Assembly: GCA_977017645.1 (NCBI GenBank) | Contig: OZ360257.1 | Coordinates: 14,756,001-14,820,000, forward strand | From: Torpedo marmorata | Lineage: Eukaryota | Direction: 5' to 3' | DNA: 64,000 nt | In this document: in pieces, positions 1 through 10,700 of the stretch | How positions within the stretch are numbered: the stretch's first letter is position 1 | Layout of the letters: each line of letters begins with the position of its first letter | Program-made: the position numbers and the translations under genes | The notes under the pieces: model-generated | Told to the model about the DNA's origin: nothing | The model's database searches: none | Seen by the model: the letters and a program-made list of their open reading frames with translations, nothing else

Positions 1-549
1 ATGCTGAAAATATTATGTGCAGTAGTTCTACGTTGTTATGCAAGTTAAATCGCCAATTTATTGGCACAAACGTCGATAGCTGTTGACAAATTTAAGAAGC
101 CCAAGGAAATAATGTGAACAATTTGTGGGAGAATTCGGAAAATCAATTTCAATTTGCTATTTTTCATCCGAATTATTTGATCTGATTTTTGTGTCGATTT
201 CAGAACAATTATATTTCTAACCCAAAGGCATAATGATATAGTATTTTTCAAGATTCCAACAGTGTGAATTTAAACAATACTAAGGAACAGGCAAATCATC
301 ACAGGGTCTCGGGTTTGTTGGTTCCTTCACGAATCTATAAATACACATCGTAACTATAATAATGCGATGTGGATATATTTTGTTTGGAATGATTCGTCTT
401 CCTGATCGACATCAGCAGTTATGACTTTATTTAATCTGCTTGCTCCAATGAAAATCTGCGACTAATGACAATAATTTCGTGTTCATGTGTCATTATGTGT
501 CAGGTTTACTTTATTTATAAGTCAGGCATTGCTGTGAATTCCATGAAGC

Positions 550-922
550 CAGTGGTTTTCAAACTTTTTCTTTCCACTAACATACCTCCTTAAATAATCA
601 CTGTGGCATTGGTGCTCTGTGATTAGTAAGGGTTACTTAAATTGGTATGTGAGTGGGGAAAAAAGATTGAGAACCACTGCTCCAGACCTAATTGTTACTG
701 AAATATTTTGCTTAATAAAATTATCATTGGCCCATTTCCTTTGGAGTTATGAAGCCGTGCACATAACGAGGCAAAGAGGTATGATTAAAACAGTGGTTTT
801 GAAACTTTTTATTTCCACTCACATACCACCTTAAATAATCCCTTACTAATCACAGAGCAACTATGGCATAGGGATAACTTAATGTGGTGTGTGAGTGTGA
901 AGAAAAAGTTTGAAAACCTCTG
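550..922. mobile_element. Composite non-autonomous hAT-like element (two inverted ~130-bp MITEs, 550-679 and 791-922); paralogous copies 13204-13577, 24205-24575, 38196-38569, 49848-50220
   Basis: Each half has CAGTGGTTTT...AACCACTG-type termini (Charlie/hAT-like; the last reads AACCTCTG in this copy) and is internally palindromic. The halves are reverse complements, and near-identical 8-bp flanks surround the whole. Confidence 0.7.
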
Positions 923-1077
923 CATTAAACTAATGGCGCAACTGCATCTAATCTGTCCAATCATGGAGCGACCAGTAATTTTAGAGAACGAAAAAAATAA
1001 CAATCCTATTCTTAGAATACTTGGTGTACATCGTAAGCCATGTAACATCTGCTAAAACTTCTTTTCATACTCGAGTT

Positions 1078-1230
1078 TTCAAGTCAAGTTTTTTGTCATC
1101 TGATTGTACAAGTACAACCCGAAGAAACTGCGTTCTCTGGTGTAGGTGCAAAACATGCAGACATACAACCAGACATAACACACATACAGACAAATAATAC
1201 ATATTTACGTCATACATATAATACATTTTA
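1078..1230 (-). mobile_element. Short LINE 3'-end fragment (same family as 62885-63020), present in every unit
   Basis: TCAAGTCAAG tail then TCTGATTGTACAAGTACAACC...AGACATAACACACATA, matching the 3' UTR next to the Rex1/Babar fragment at the window end. Confidence 0.55.
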
Positions 1231-1899
1231 AGGCACAGCTTCTCCAACCGGCGCAATGCTGTTGTCCATTGAATAAACGCGTTGCTTTTGCTGACGTAAG
1301 TTCCCAAATTTATAGAAACAACTCCCAAGTATTCGTGTTGCATTTCGATTTTTAATATACTGCATCAAAATGTGGTGACATAAAATTGAGGGAATTAATG
1401 GAAAATAGCTAATGGTTTAGCTCTGCACGTGGCGAAATAATTTTTAATGGAAGTCAACCACTCAGAAAAGATCCCCGCATGCCGATCCAATATAAGGAAG
1501 GTATGTGCGCTACATTGCTTTATTTCAAAGAGATTTTCCGCCGCTCACGTTAAATTCAAGAAACAGTCTGGTGGCTTTTGTTTCCTCGAATTACCTCCAG
1601 CTAAAGGATTTGAGACAGCAGGATCAGAGCAGCCTGTGTGTTCCAAGTACAAGCAGCAGCTACATGGAGCTTCCCAGTTCTCCAGACAGTTGTAGATCTC
1701 GAACAAAACCAGGCTGCAATACCATCCTAGCAACGAAAATGATCCATAATTATTTGGAGGAATTGGGCATTATTCGTCGTCTGATTTTTAACTTCCACCA
1801 AGTATAATGTGCAACAAGATCATGAAAGAAATACTATAAATCAAAGGTAACAACAAGAACAGCATTTGCAAAGAAAATTGAAAATAATTCCGAGTTCCA

Positions 1900-2410
1900 G
1901 GATGAATCCGCAGTTGGAGAGAAGGGGATTGATTAAGGGGAGATAGCATAGCTTTGTTGTTGGCAGATTATATACAACCAATTTTATGTTTGTTTCGAGG
2001 AACAGCTCAATGTATCGATGAGAGTACTGCAGTTCATGAAGTTGACACGAATTTCGGTACGACCCTGTCAAATATCCAGACAATGGGCTTGCACGGTTAG
2101 CGTAGCGGTTAGTGCAACACATTTACAGGGCCAGTGTCCCGGGTTCGAACCCGGCCCTGTCTGTGAGGAGTTTGTTCGTTCTCCATGTGTTTGCGTGGGT
2201 TTCCTCCGGGTGATCCGGTTTCCTCCCACCCTTTAAAACGTATCTTTATTGGGTTATTTGAGCGGCACAGACTGTGGGCCAGAAAGGCCTGTTACAGTGC
2301 TGTATGTCTAAATAATGCACTGGTCCACAGTTCAAGGGATCAAAGGCAATTTGGAAATTCGGATTCAATGTTTGCCTCGTAACAGAAGGTAATAGTTCAT
2401 GATGGAATAT
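1900..2410 (+). mobile_element. Old CR1 LINE RT fragment split by a SINE
   Basis: Degenerate QLERRGLIKGR*HSFVVGR resembles the CR1 HLERxGLIxxSQHGFVxGR motif; homology resumes after the SINE (GIKGNLEIRIQ). Confidence 0.55.
2085..2313 (+). mobile_element. tRNA-derived V-SINE (HE1-like); copies ~25725-25952, ~39733-39962, ~51385-51613
   Basis: A-box-like GTTAGCGTAGCGGTTAG, B box GGTTCGAACCC, then the V-domain-like GAGGAGTTTG..GTTCTCCATGTG..TGCGTGGGTTTCCTCCGGGTG.TCCGGTTTCCTCCCAC. Confidence 0.8.
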
Positions 2411-2414
2411 TGAA

Positions 2415-2690
2415 TATAGAATATAGAAATCTTCAACGTAGTATAGGCCATTTGAGCCATAGTTTTATGCCAACCTGATAATCTCCGCTTCCAAGAATTC
2501 CGAGAATTTCCGTCCTGTATAACGCTCATTTTCTCTCTGTTCCATGCACCAATATGCTCGTCTCTAAAGATATCCTATTGCACCTGCCTCTAAAACAGTT
2601 GCCAGCAGTGAATTCCATGCACCCATTACTCTCTGTGTGAAGATTGTGCCTCTAACCCTCCCCATCTACTTATCCGAAGCACGTTTAAAC
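2415..2690 (-). mobile_element. CR1 LINE 3'-end fragment, minus strand, repeated in each unit (partly deleted in unit 2)
   Basis: Begins with ATAGAATATAGAA (reverse CR1 tail). The minus-strand translation of the unit 2 copy gives [16 protein letters not shown], typical of the CR1 ORF2 C-terminus. Confidence 0.65.
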
Positions 2691-2798
2691 GCCACCCCCC
2701 CCACCCCGGCTGAATGGAGGTTTTCCTTTGCGTGTGGAAACCTTTCTTCCACAGTGCCAGAAAGTCAAACTATTGGGGGGACTCAGCGGATTGAACAG

Positions 2799-2895
2799 CG
2801 TGTGTGTGTGTGTGTTTCTGTATGTATGTGTTTATGTTTTGTGTGTGTTTGTGTTTGTGTTTCTGTATGTGTGTGTTTGTGTTTTGTGTGTGTTT

Positions 2896-2938
<43 letters not shown>
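2799..2938 (+). repeat. Imperfect (GT)n microsatellite
   Basis: Directly visible; shorter at 40444-40520 and N-masked at 26407-26640 and 52082-52289. Confidence 0.95.
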
Positions 2939-2940
<2 letters not shown>

Positions 2941-3239
2941 GGCGGGTGGCAGCGATAGTGGAGTTTTCGGAACGATACTTTGCCTCAGGGCCATGCTTGA
3001 AGTTCAGCTCAGTAAGGTCAAGTTTGACCCTCTTTTCAGAAGAGATGGATCTGATCTCGGCTTCCATATGACATCAACGTTATTAAAGTAAATGCGCACA
3101 AGTCTAAGTAGAGCAAACATGAAGTCTCATCGCGCTTATGCCACACTCTTAAAACTACCAGAGAAACGTGGTTCAATAATAATATAATTGCAGCAAATCA
3201 CGAAGTGTCTGCTGTTCTGCCTTCAGATCAGAGAACATT

Positions 3240-4640
3240 ATTAATCTCAATCTCTAAAAAGGGTAATAGAGAGTATCCTGAGAATAACCGACAGGTGAGG
3301 CTTACGTCACTGGTGTGAAAACTATCGGAGAGGATTCTTTAGGACACGATTTATGAGCATTCGGAGAAGTACAGTCGTCTGAGAGACATAAGCATGGCTT
3401 TGTGAGGGGATGGTCGTGCTTCATGAGCCTCGTTGCATTTTCTGAGGAGATAACAAAATATATTGAGAAAAATGTGCTTTAGACAAGGTACATATGGATT
3501 TCAGTAAGGCGTTTGACAAGGTTCCCCATGAAAGACTCGGTCAGAAAGACATCAGGCATTCTATCCACGGAATCTCAGCTGTGTGGATAAAAAATTGGCT
3601 TGCCTGTAGAAAGCAGAGGACGGCACAGAAAGTATTCTGTCTGGAAGTCAGTGACCAGTGGAGTTCCGCAAGGATTTTTTCTAGAACCCCTGCTCTTTGT
3701 GCATTTTATTAATGACCGAGATGAAGAGCGGAAGGGTGTGTCAGTAGGTTTGCAGATGATATAATGGTTGGAGGAGCTGCAGTTAGTGTTGAAGTTTGTC
3801 GTAGATTACAATGCAGAGATGAGCGCAAAAGTGGCAGATCGACTTCAATCCGGATAAGTTTGTGAAGCATTTTGGAAGGTCAAACCTTGATGAATACAGC
3901 ATTAATGGTCGGATACTTAGGAGTGTGGAGGAACAGAGGTACCTTGAAGTTAAAATCCATAGATCTCTCAATGTTTCCGCGCAGGTTGATAGGATAGTTA
4001 AGAAGGCCTAGGGATGCTGGGTTTCAATAATAGGGAGATTGAGTTCAATAGTATAGATATCATGTTGCAACTCTACACACCTCTGGTTAGACCATACTTA
4101 TAGTATTGTATTCAGTTATGGCCACATCGTTATAGGAAGGATGTGGAAACTGTGGAGAGGGTGCGGAGGAGATTTACCAGTGTATTGCCTGGATTGGAAA
4201 ATGTCTTCCGAGGCAAGGTTAGTAGAGCAGGGACTTTTTTGTTTAGAGTGAAGAAGGATGAGAGGTGACTTAATCAAAGTCTACAAGAATATAGACAGTA
4301 GATAGGGAAGACAGCAAGCGCCTTTTCGCAGGGAGGGAATAGCAAACACCAGGGGACGTTTGCACAAAGTGAAGGGAGGAAGGTTGAGGGGAGATATCAG
4401 GGGTAAATTATTCACACAGAGATGGAGGAGCCGGCAATGCTTTGCCAGGTTGGTGGTGGGGGCTGAATCACTTTGGGTATTTAAGAGACTCGTAGACAGG
4501 CACGTGGATGAACGAAAATTAGAGGATTAAAAGTTTGGAAGGTTTCAGTATTTTCTTGGTAGGAATATACAGATCGGCACAACATTGAAGGCCGAATTGC
4601 CTGTACTGTGCTGTCATGTTCCATGTTCTATGTTATATGT
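3240..4640 (+). mobile_element. 5'-truncated decayed CR1 LINE (RT to 3' tail) in the intron of pseudogene B, unit 1
   Basis: KHGFVRGWSCLMSL, MDFSKAFDKVPHERL, SGVPQG, FADD, KWQIDFNPDK, LVRPYL, then the (CATGTT/CTATGTT)n tail; many stops and frameshifts. Confidence 0.9.
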
Positions 4641-5662
4641 TTTGAAACTACTTTGCTGCCAAACGTCATTCTGTTCCATGTAATTTACGGCCTCTCAAAA
4701 TGCATCACTCAGTGGTTGCTGGGAATGGCAGAAGCTGACTGAGAAGTTGTGAAACTGTATATGAATTGATTTTATATGAGATTAACGATCGGTATTTTCC
4801 ACATTCACACTTCAATCAGACTTCTCTCTGTAGAGTTATTCTGACCATGTTATTTATTTACATTGACGGTTCAATGTGACTAACTGTGGCTTTCATGTTC
4901 GATCGATTTTTTGCTATTTGTCACCAAACGCTACAAGCAAAATATTGCACTGAAAATAATTCATCTGTAGCGAAAGCGCGGTGGAATTTTCCTCAACATT
5001 TGGGAAAAAACACCATTTTATTTATTAACCTCGGGAAGTAATTGATAACGTTGAATTATCCTGCAATGTAATATCATGCTTTTACACCTTATGAATTTGA
5101 GCAGTTATTCTCTGGCAGTAAAAAGTCTTTAACTCATTTGCTCTTTATGTCTTTATCTTGGCGCCACATTCCCTGACCATCAGCCGCATTATACTGGCTA
5201 TCCGAGCGAGGAGGCCAACCCACCATACACCCTCTTTACCAGCGCGTCAACTCGCGCAGCAACCTTGAGGGGTGTATTAACATGGACCCCAAGATCTCTC
5301 AGTTCCTCCAAACTGTAAGAAATACTGTCATTAACACGCACTCCGCCTTCGATTCGGCCTCCAAAGTGCACTACACTTTACCGTATTGAACTCAATTTGC
5401 CACTCCTCTGCCCAACTCCGCATCCTGTCTATATCCCGTTATAACCCACGACAGCCTTCTGCACTCCCGACAACACTGTGAACCGTTGTATCATTAGCAA
5501 ATGCAAAGCAAATAGAGCACAGAAAGAAATTCTCTGATTGGACTTGATGCCTTCGAACCAACCCTCAGCGTTGATGCATTACCCCAAACACCACAGGCGA
5601 TCCAAACACTCCTCGGATCTGTGTGGCGTTTGCAACAAAAATTAAATCAGGATTTCAAGGGG

Positions 5663-5893
5663 GACGGTTCACGTCACAGTTCAGCGCAACACATTCACAG
5701 CGTCAGCGACGCGGGTTCAAATACAGCGCTGCCCTGGAAGGAGTTTTATTGCTTTCCCTCGTGAACTGCTCGGTTTCCCAGGGTACTCTGGTTTCTTCCC
5801 ACTCACGAAAAAAAGTATGGAATTGGCATGTTCATTGGATGTAATTTGGCAGCACGGGCGTCATGCGCTAAGTGTCTGTATATTTTAAATAAA
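5663..5893 (+). mobile_element. Older decayed V-SINE upstream of gene A; copies ~18345-18560, ~30655-30882, ~44537-44765, ~56299-56529
   Basis: CAGCGCAACACATTCACAGCGTCAGCGACGCGGGTTCAAAT ... GGAAGGAGTTT ... CTCTGGTTTCTTCCCACTC, same layout as the 2085 element. Confidence 0.65.
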
Positions 5894-6143
5894 TCTTCAG
5901 TCAAGCTAGCATGGCAGTCGACGTGTGAAAACAAACCATCTGGTCAGACCGACTGATGAACTTTTGAAATGTCATTGGAATAAAGTTATTTTCAGGTGTA
6001 TAATGATAAAAAGGAAAATATGTGTGATAATCAGGATCATTGGGAACAAACAAAGGAGAGAATTGCGAACACGTACCCCAGGGACGAGGTTAAAGCGAAG
6101 CAAATGGAGATAGATGAACGCGACACTCCAGTGTCACGGTTCC

Positions 6144-6339
6144 ACGTCAGGTGATGCAGCGAGCTCGCACCTGAACCTTGTTTATTACAATAACTAGTGT
6201 TAGTTACTCTGGGCGGAGTGATCTCAGGTCATTAAGTTAGAATGAACTGATAGTCTTTGTTAAATCGAGTATGTGGAGGTGTTATGCAAGTTAGTGTCCC
6301 AGGAGAACGGCTGTCCTATAAATTAGGCTTCACAGTGAA
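6144..6339 (+). promoter_or_regulatory. Putative core promoter of A1: half-CRE ACGTCA (6144), GC box GGGCGG (6211), TATAAA (6317-6322)
   Basis: TATAAA lies 80 nt upstream of the ATG and recurs at the same position in all five copies. Function is inferred from motif and position only. Confidence 0.55.
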
Positions 6340-6396
6340 ACTCTTCGTTTTCACATATTCACATGTGCTGTAGAGAAACCGCATTATCCTCAAACG

Positions 6397-6556
6397 ATGC
6401 CACGAATGAAAGCCACGGATATCTTCTATCACATTATTGCAATTGTCGGCATTCCTGGTAAGTGATTTTGCTGCGATCTCCGCCGAGTGTTTTCTGGTTG
6501 TCCGTATTACGGATGAGTATCCCGTTTGTGCGTGCGTGTGTATATAAAGGTATACA

Positions 6557-6627
<71 letters not shown>

Positions 6628-9134
6628 ACACATACACTCACAGAAAGTTGTTCAGCCGTCGTCGCTCTGCCAGTATTTAAAGAATCTTTTGACCTGAGGT
6701 TGTTGAAGTTAGACAATGTCCAGTCACTAAAAAATAAAACCGAAGACCTCTGGGCAATGCTGCTATATCAGAGACAGTTGAGACAAATCTCAGTTGTTTG
6801 CTGCTGCGAATCCTGGCTAACAGAAAACACAAATAACGCTGTGATCCGACCAGAGGTTTTAACCATTCACAGGCTGGACTGGGACATGGATTCTGGCAAA
6901 GTGACAGGGCACAGTGTTTGCTTTCCTGTTAATATCGGATGGTGCACGGACGTTGGTGTTCTATCGAAATCTTCCTCCAGTGGCGGAGAGCAGATATCGA
7001 TCAAATGAAAACTCTTCAATGTTCCCCGAGGTTTCTCATCAGTTATTCTCACCCGAGTTTATCTCCTTCCCGACACCAATTACAAACAGGCACTTGCGGA
7101 GCTGCATGACCTGGTCAGTAAACAGGCCCACCCCGAGACACTTCCAGTCACAGTCGTTGACTTTCATCAGGCCTGTCTTAAGAAAGCCCTGCGCAAATAT
7201 CACCAGCACGTAACCTGCTGTACCAGAGACACCAGCTCATTTGAACTTTGCGACAACAACATAAGGAATGCCTACGTTCCTTCATGATACAGCATGTTGT
7301 TGTTTGCTGTTCACCCCATCTAAACCCCTCATGATGTTGTCTACCCCAAATAATTCACCTCTTCCCCTTCATCGCTGCAGAGAAAAGCCCTAGCTCTGTC
7401 GACCTTCCTTCATATGATAGGTTCTGCAATCCAGGCAACACCTTTGCACACTCTCCAGAGCATCCATATATTTCCTATAAGGAGGCAACCATAACTGAAC
7501 GCATAGATTTGAACTGTTTATCGTCACGTATCCGGGGAAAAGTGAAAAGGCGTTATTTTGCCTGCTATCCAGGCAAATCAAGCCATATAAAATACAGCAG
7601 GCAGCGCAAGGATAGAAATAGTACAGATGATAGTGTTACAATAAAGTACAACATGACGTGCTAAAGACAGGAGTGCTGTTAAGCTATGCAAGTCATTACC
7701 TTTTACTCATGAGAGGTCTATTCAACAGCCTGCCAGCAGGAATGCATGTGCCCTTGAATCTGGTTGGGTGCTATTCTTCCAAACTCGTGCTTCTTCTGCC
7801 CGGCGGCAGGGATTATTTATCCGGGAGACGGCGGGAGATATGGACGAAGTCGATGGACGGGGGATTGGATTATTGATAACACTGAATTGCGTTCATTACT
7901 CTCCGTGGTTTCTTGAGACTCCGAGCTCAGCAGTTTCCACTCCAATCTGTGATGCACCCGTACCGGACACTTTCTATTGTTCATCTGCACACAACGGACA
8001 GGGTCAACGGGGGCATGCCGAAATTCCTCAGCTTCTGAGGTAGTGAAAGCGTTGTTGCTCTTTCCATTCCGTAGTGCCAATGTAATGTTGGCAACTGCAT
8101 AATTTACAGGAACAGACAAATGTTTCGATTAGGTTATTCCCAAAGATTCCATTGTAAAAATCACGTTAAAGATGTTGACTTGTTTTTCTGGTAATTTCCT
8201 GGTTTTCCATCTTGTTACAGGTAACCTGCTCTCGATTGTGGTCCTGTCACGGGGAATGCGCGGCCTCTCCAAAGGAGTGACTCGTTACATGGTAACCATG
8301 GCAGTTGCAGACACAATGGTCTGTGTGTTTAACGTTACAGTGATATTCGTCTTCGGCTATCATTTTCCTCATTCATTCCTGGCACATACCTCCACTTGTC
8401 GTCTTACAGACTTCATACAGAAATCCAGCGTGCAATTTTCTGTCTGGGCCACGGTATCGTTCACAGTGGACCGCTTCATTGCCATTTGTTGCCAGCAATT
8501 CAAAACAAAATATTGTACCGAAATAAACGCCACGGTAGTTCTTACGACTGTGTGTGTGCTGAGCTTTTTGATGCACACTTCAGCTTATTTCCGGTATCAA
8601 CCCCATTACATTGCGGGTGATGTCCAATGGGGCTGCCGTACTATAACACGATATATTTCTTCACCAGCATGGCAGACTTACAGATGGTTGTCTAAACTTA
8701 TGGTACCACTGGTGCCGCTGCTGCTGATGTTGCTGTTGAATTCTCTCACCGTCCGACACATTTTACTTGTCAGCAGAGCTCGGAAGGCTTTGAAGAGCCG
8801 TGGGGACGGTCAGGTATTTGATCACGAGATGACGAAACGGAGAACGTCCATTATATTGCTCTTTGCCATTTCTGGTATCTTCATAGCGTTGTGGACACCG
8901 GTTACGATAATTGACCAATACTTCCATCTCACCTCAAGTTTTTCGATCGACGCCCCGAAGTCACTGCTTCTGGCAATTAGAATCGCGATTCTGCTGATGT
9001 ATTTGAGCTGCTGTACAAACACTTGTGTTTATGCAATGACACAGAGGAGATTCCGGGAGGAGGTGAAGAAGGTGGCAAAACATCCATTTATTGCCCTTGT
9101 ACGGTTTTTAAAACCAATGACGCAGCCACAATGA
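6397..9134 (+). CDS. Class A GPCR, GPR139/GPR142-like, copy A1; exon 1 6397-6457, exon 2 8221-9134; 324 aa, intact
   Basis: Exon 1 MPRMKATDIFYHIIAIVGIP-G ends at G|GTAAGT; pyrimidine-rich acceptor CTTGTTACAG|GT AAC CTG restores frame (phase 1), giving the TM1 GN motif. Seven hydrophobic segments with MAVAD (TM2), DRF (TM3), ECL1/ECL2 Cys, FIALWTP (TM6) and NTCVY in place of NPxxY. The ORF-track start at 8172 is intronic. Confidence 0.9.
6553..6642 (+). repeat. (CA)n microsatellite in the intron of gene A
   Basis: Directly visible; also at ~31549-31597, and N-masked at the equivalent sites in A2, A4 and A5. Confidence 0.95.
6690..7285 (+). mobile_element. Rex1/Babar-type LINE APE endonuclease fragment in the gene A intron; copies ~19355-19940 and ~31645-32240, deleted in A4 and A5
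   Basis: LDNVQSLKNKTEDL...CCESWLT...HRLDWDMDSGKVTGHSVCFPVNIGWC...PRGFSSVILTRVY...VDFHQ...YHQHVTCCTR resembles the APE domain pattern of Rex1/Babar elements. Confidence 0.75.
7320..7830 (-). mobile_element. Minus-strand LINE fragments in the gene A intron (CR1 piece ~7320-7490; Rex1/Babar-like 3' end ~7515-7830)
   Basis: VQLWLPPYRKYMDALESVQR (CR1); reverse LPPGRRSTSLEE resembles the LPSGRRYRSL C-terminal motif. Confidence 0.55.
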
Positions 9135-9569
9135 ATCAGAGATCATGGCCCTGTTCCTCAGTTCGCTTCCAATGTCGAATCTCGTCCTTTTTATTAATAA
9201 TTCCCTGTAACATAAGCCCCGTAAAAAAAGCCCACCACACACACCATTCCCACACCAACATTTCGGGACGTGTCCTCCTGTACTGCTAAATGGAGGCCAT
9301 CCGCAAATTAGGCGACTACTGGATATCTGGCCATTGTAAATGTCCAAACAATTGAATGAAACGTTCAACGACGTACTGCATGAATCACATTTTGCCCAGG
9401 TTAATCAATATTTCAAATTTGAATTCAGGTTTTTTGTTGCATGTACGAAGACCTCACGAGAGTGTTTTTTGATTTGATTTTTTTACAACATACCAGTTGG
9501 CATCTCATACATCGAAGAAGGAGTGAGACGCAACTAAAAAGTGCAGAGTTACAGAGAAGTAGATAAAGT

Positions 9570-9771
9570 GAGAGTACGAGAGAGATAACGAAATGGAGAG
9601 AGAGAGAGAGCGAAATGGAGAGAGAGAGGGAGCGAGAGAGAGAGACAGAGAGAGTGGGAGAGTGATTCAGCGAGAGAGAGAGAGACAGAGAGAGAGAGAG
9701 TGTTTTAGAGATCGAGAGAGAGTCAGACAGACAGAGACAGAGAGAGGGGAGAGGGAGAGATAGAGAGAGAG
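9570..9771 (+). repeat. Imperfect (GA)n microsatellite downstream of gene A
   Basis: Directly visible; also 22272-22478, and N-masked at 34578-34719 and 47892-48125. Confidence 0.95.
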
Positions 9772-10179
9772 TTCAGTTGGTACTGAACAAAGGAGACATA
9801 ATTTCACTATCTTGGGACAAATACAGAAAACGCAGAGATTTCTCAGCAGGCCTGGTCGTCTGTGCCAGATCTTTTAAGGGAATTCCGCTGGAGAGCAGAA
9901 TCGAACATCATCGGGTCAAGCATTTGCAAATTCTTTTCTTATTCAATTTTTAAAAAGGAAGTATCCCAAACACAGGTCGTGTCATATTTAATGTTCTGTA
10001 TTATAGCATAACAATAAAATAAAATTGAATCTTCAATTTCGGCAGGATATAGATCAGGTGAAAACTTGGGCTGTGCGTTGCCAGCTGGAATTTTATACTG
10101 ACAACTGCAAATAATGCACGGCATATGCACTAAATGTTCCATCAGGAAGGAAACGTGATGAACAGAGTGACATGGGGGT

Positions 10180-10600
10180 CTGAGTTCATAGTTGCCTGAA
10201 AGCAGCAACACGTTTTTTAGGGTGATGGTGCCTTCCTAGTTCGAGGATAATATATAGGATCTCGAATTTCACAAACACTGTTCAGACTGTACTTGAAGTA
10301 TAGTTTGCAGTTCTGGTCGCCACACTATTTATGTGATTGGACCGGCGTTGTTGCAGAAAATTCACCAGGATGTTGCCTGGAAAGGAGGACGAGCTGTGGA
10401 AGGTGCTTAATAGGAAGGGGCCAATTTTCCCTGGAGCACAGCGGGTTTAGGAACGAGCTGGGAAATATAAGTAAGATGATGAGAGTCACCGATAGGGAAG
10501 ATGTTCAAAACCTATTTCTAATGCCAGGGTTAACAAAAGTAAGTGGACACGAGTTTAAGGTGAGTTTTAAGGGGAATCTAGGAGATTGTCTTTTTAAACA
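10180..10600 (+). mobile_element. Old CR1 C-terminal fragment, repeated in units 1-4
   Basis: LFRLYLKYSLQFWSPHY ... FSLEHSGFRNEL ... SGHEFKV, matching CR1 LVRPHLEYCVQFWSPHY / FSLE..RLRGDL / RGHxFKV. Confidence 0.7.
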
Positions 10601-10614
10601 GGCATATGAAGCAA

Positions 10615-10700
10615 AGAAATATGCTGGAGGAACTCAGTAGGTCGAGCATCATTCGTGGAGATACGATACATCGACGTTTCGGGTCAGAAACCTTCATCAC
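10615..10700 (-). repeat. Fragment of a common elasmobranch repeat ending in a hammerhead-ribozyme-like core; copies ~23325-23409, ~35605-35689, ~48969-49053
   Basis: ATGCTGGAGGAACTCAG...TCGACGTTTCGGGTCAGAAACCTTCATCA; the reverse strand reads TGATGA-stem II-GAAACGTC. Confidence 0.5.

Larger units (their letters stand above)
963..5213 (+). pseudogene. Ancient GPR139-like pseudogene B, unit 1; exon 1 963-1032, exon 2 remnant ~4647-5213, 3' part deleted
   Basis: Exon 1 translates MERPVILENEKNNNPILRILGVH and ends phase 1 at C|GTAAGC. Exon 2 translates YGLSKCITQWLLGMAEAD*, YFPHSHFNQTSLCR, SM*LTVAFMFDRFFAICHQTLQAKYCTE and SLTISRIILAIRAR, collinear with gene A motifs. Confidence 0.8.

Noticed and set aside
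1505-1807. ~100-codon ORF recurring in four units
   Set aside because: Starts at GTG, has no recognisable domain and lies in the intron of pseudogene B; recurrence is explained by recent duplication.
2085-2160. tRNA-like sequence with A and B boxes
   Set aside because: It continues into a SINE core and tail and lacks a complete cloverleaf; it is a SINE head, not a tRNA gene.
2637-3091. VCVC / HTHT / SLSL-rich ORFs here and at 6316-6716 and 22108-22660
   Set aside because: Translations of dinucleotide microsatellites.
8172-8220. Single-exon start MLTCFSGNFLVFHLVT for the receptor ORFs (and equivalents in the other copies)
   Set aside because: It is the polypyrimidine tract and acceptor of the intron; the upstream phase-1 exon supplies a proper first half of TM1.
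9131-9289. Short ORF MNQRSW... whose ATG overlaps the receptor stop (ATGA) in all five copies
   Set aside because: No recognisable domain and the frame is not kept in the diverged A5 3' UTR beyond ~35 codons; most likely ordinary UTR.
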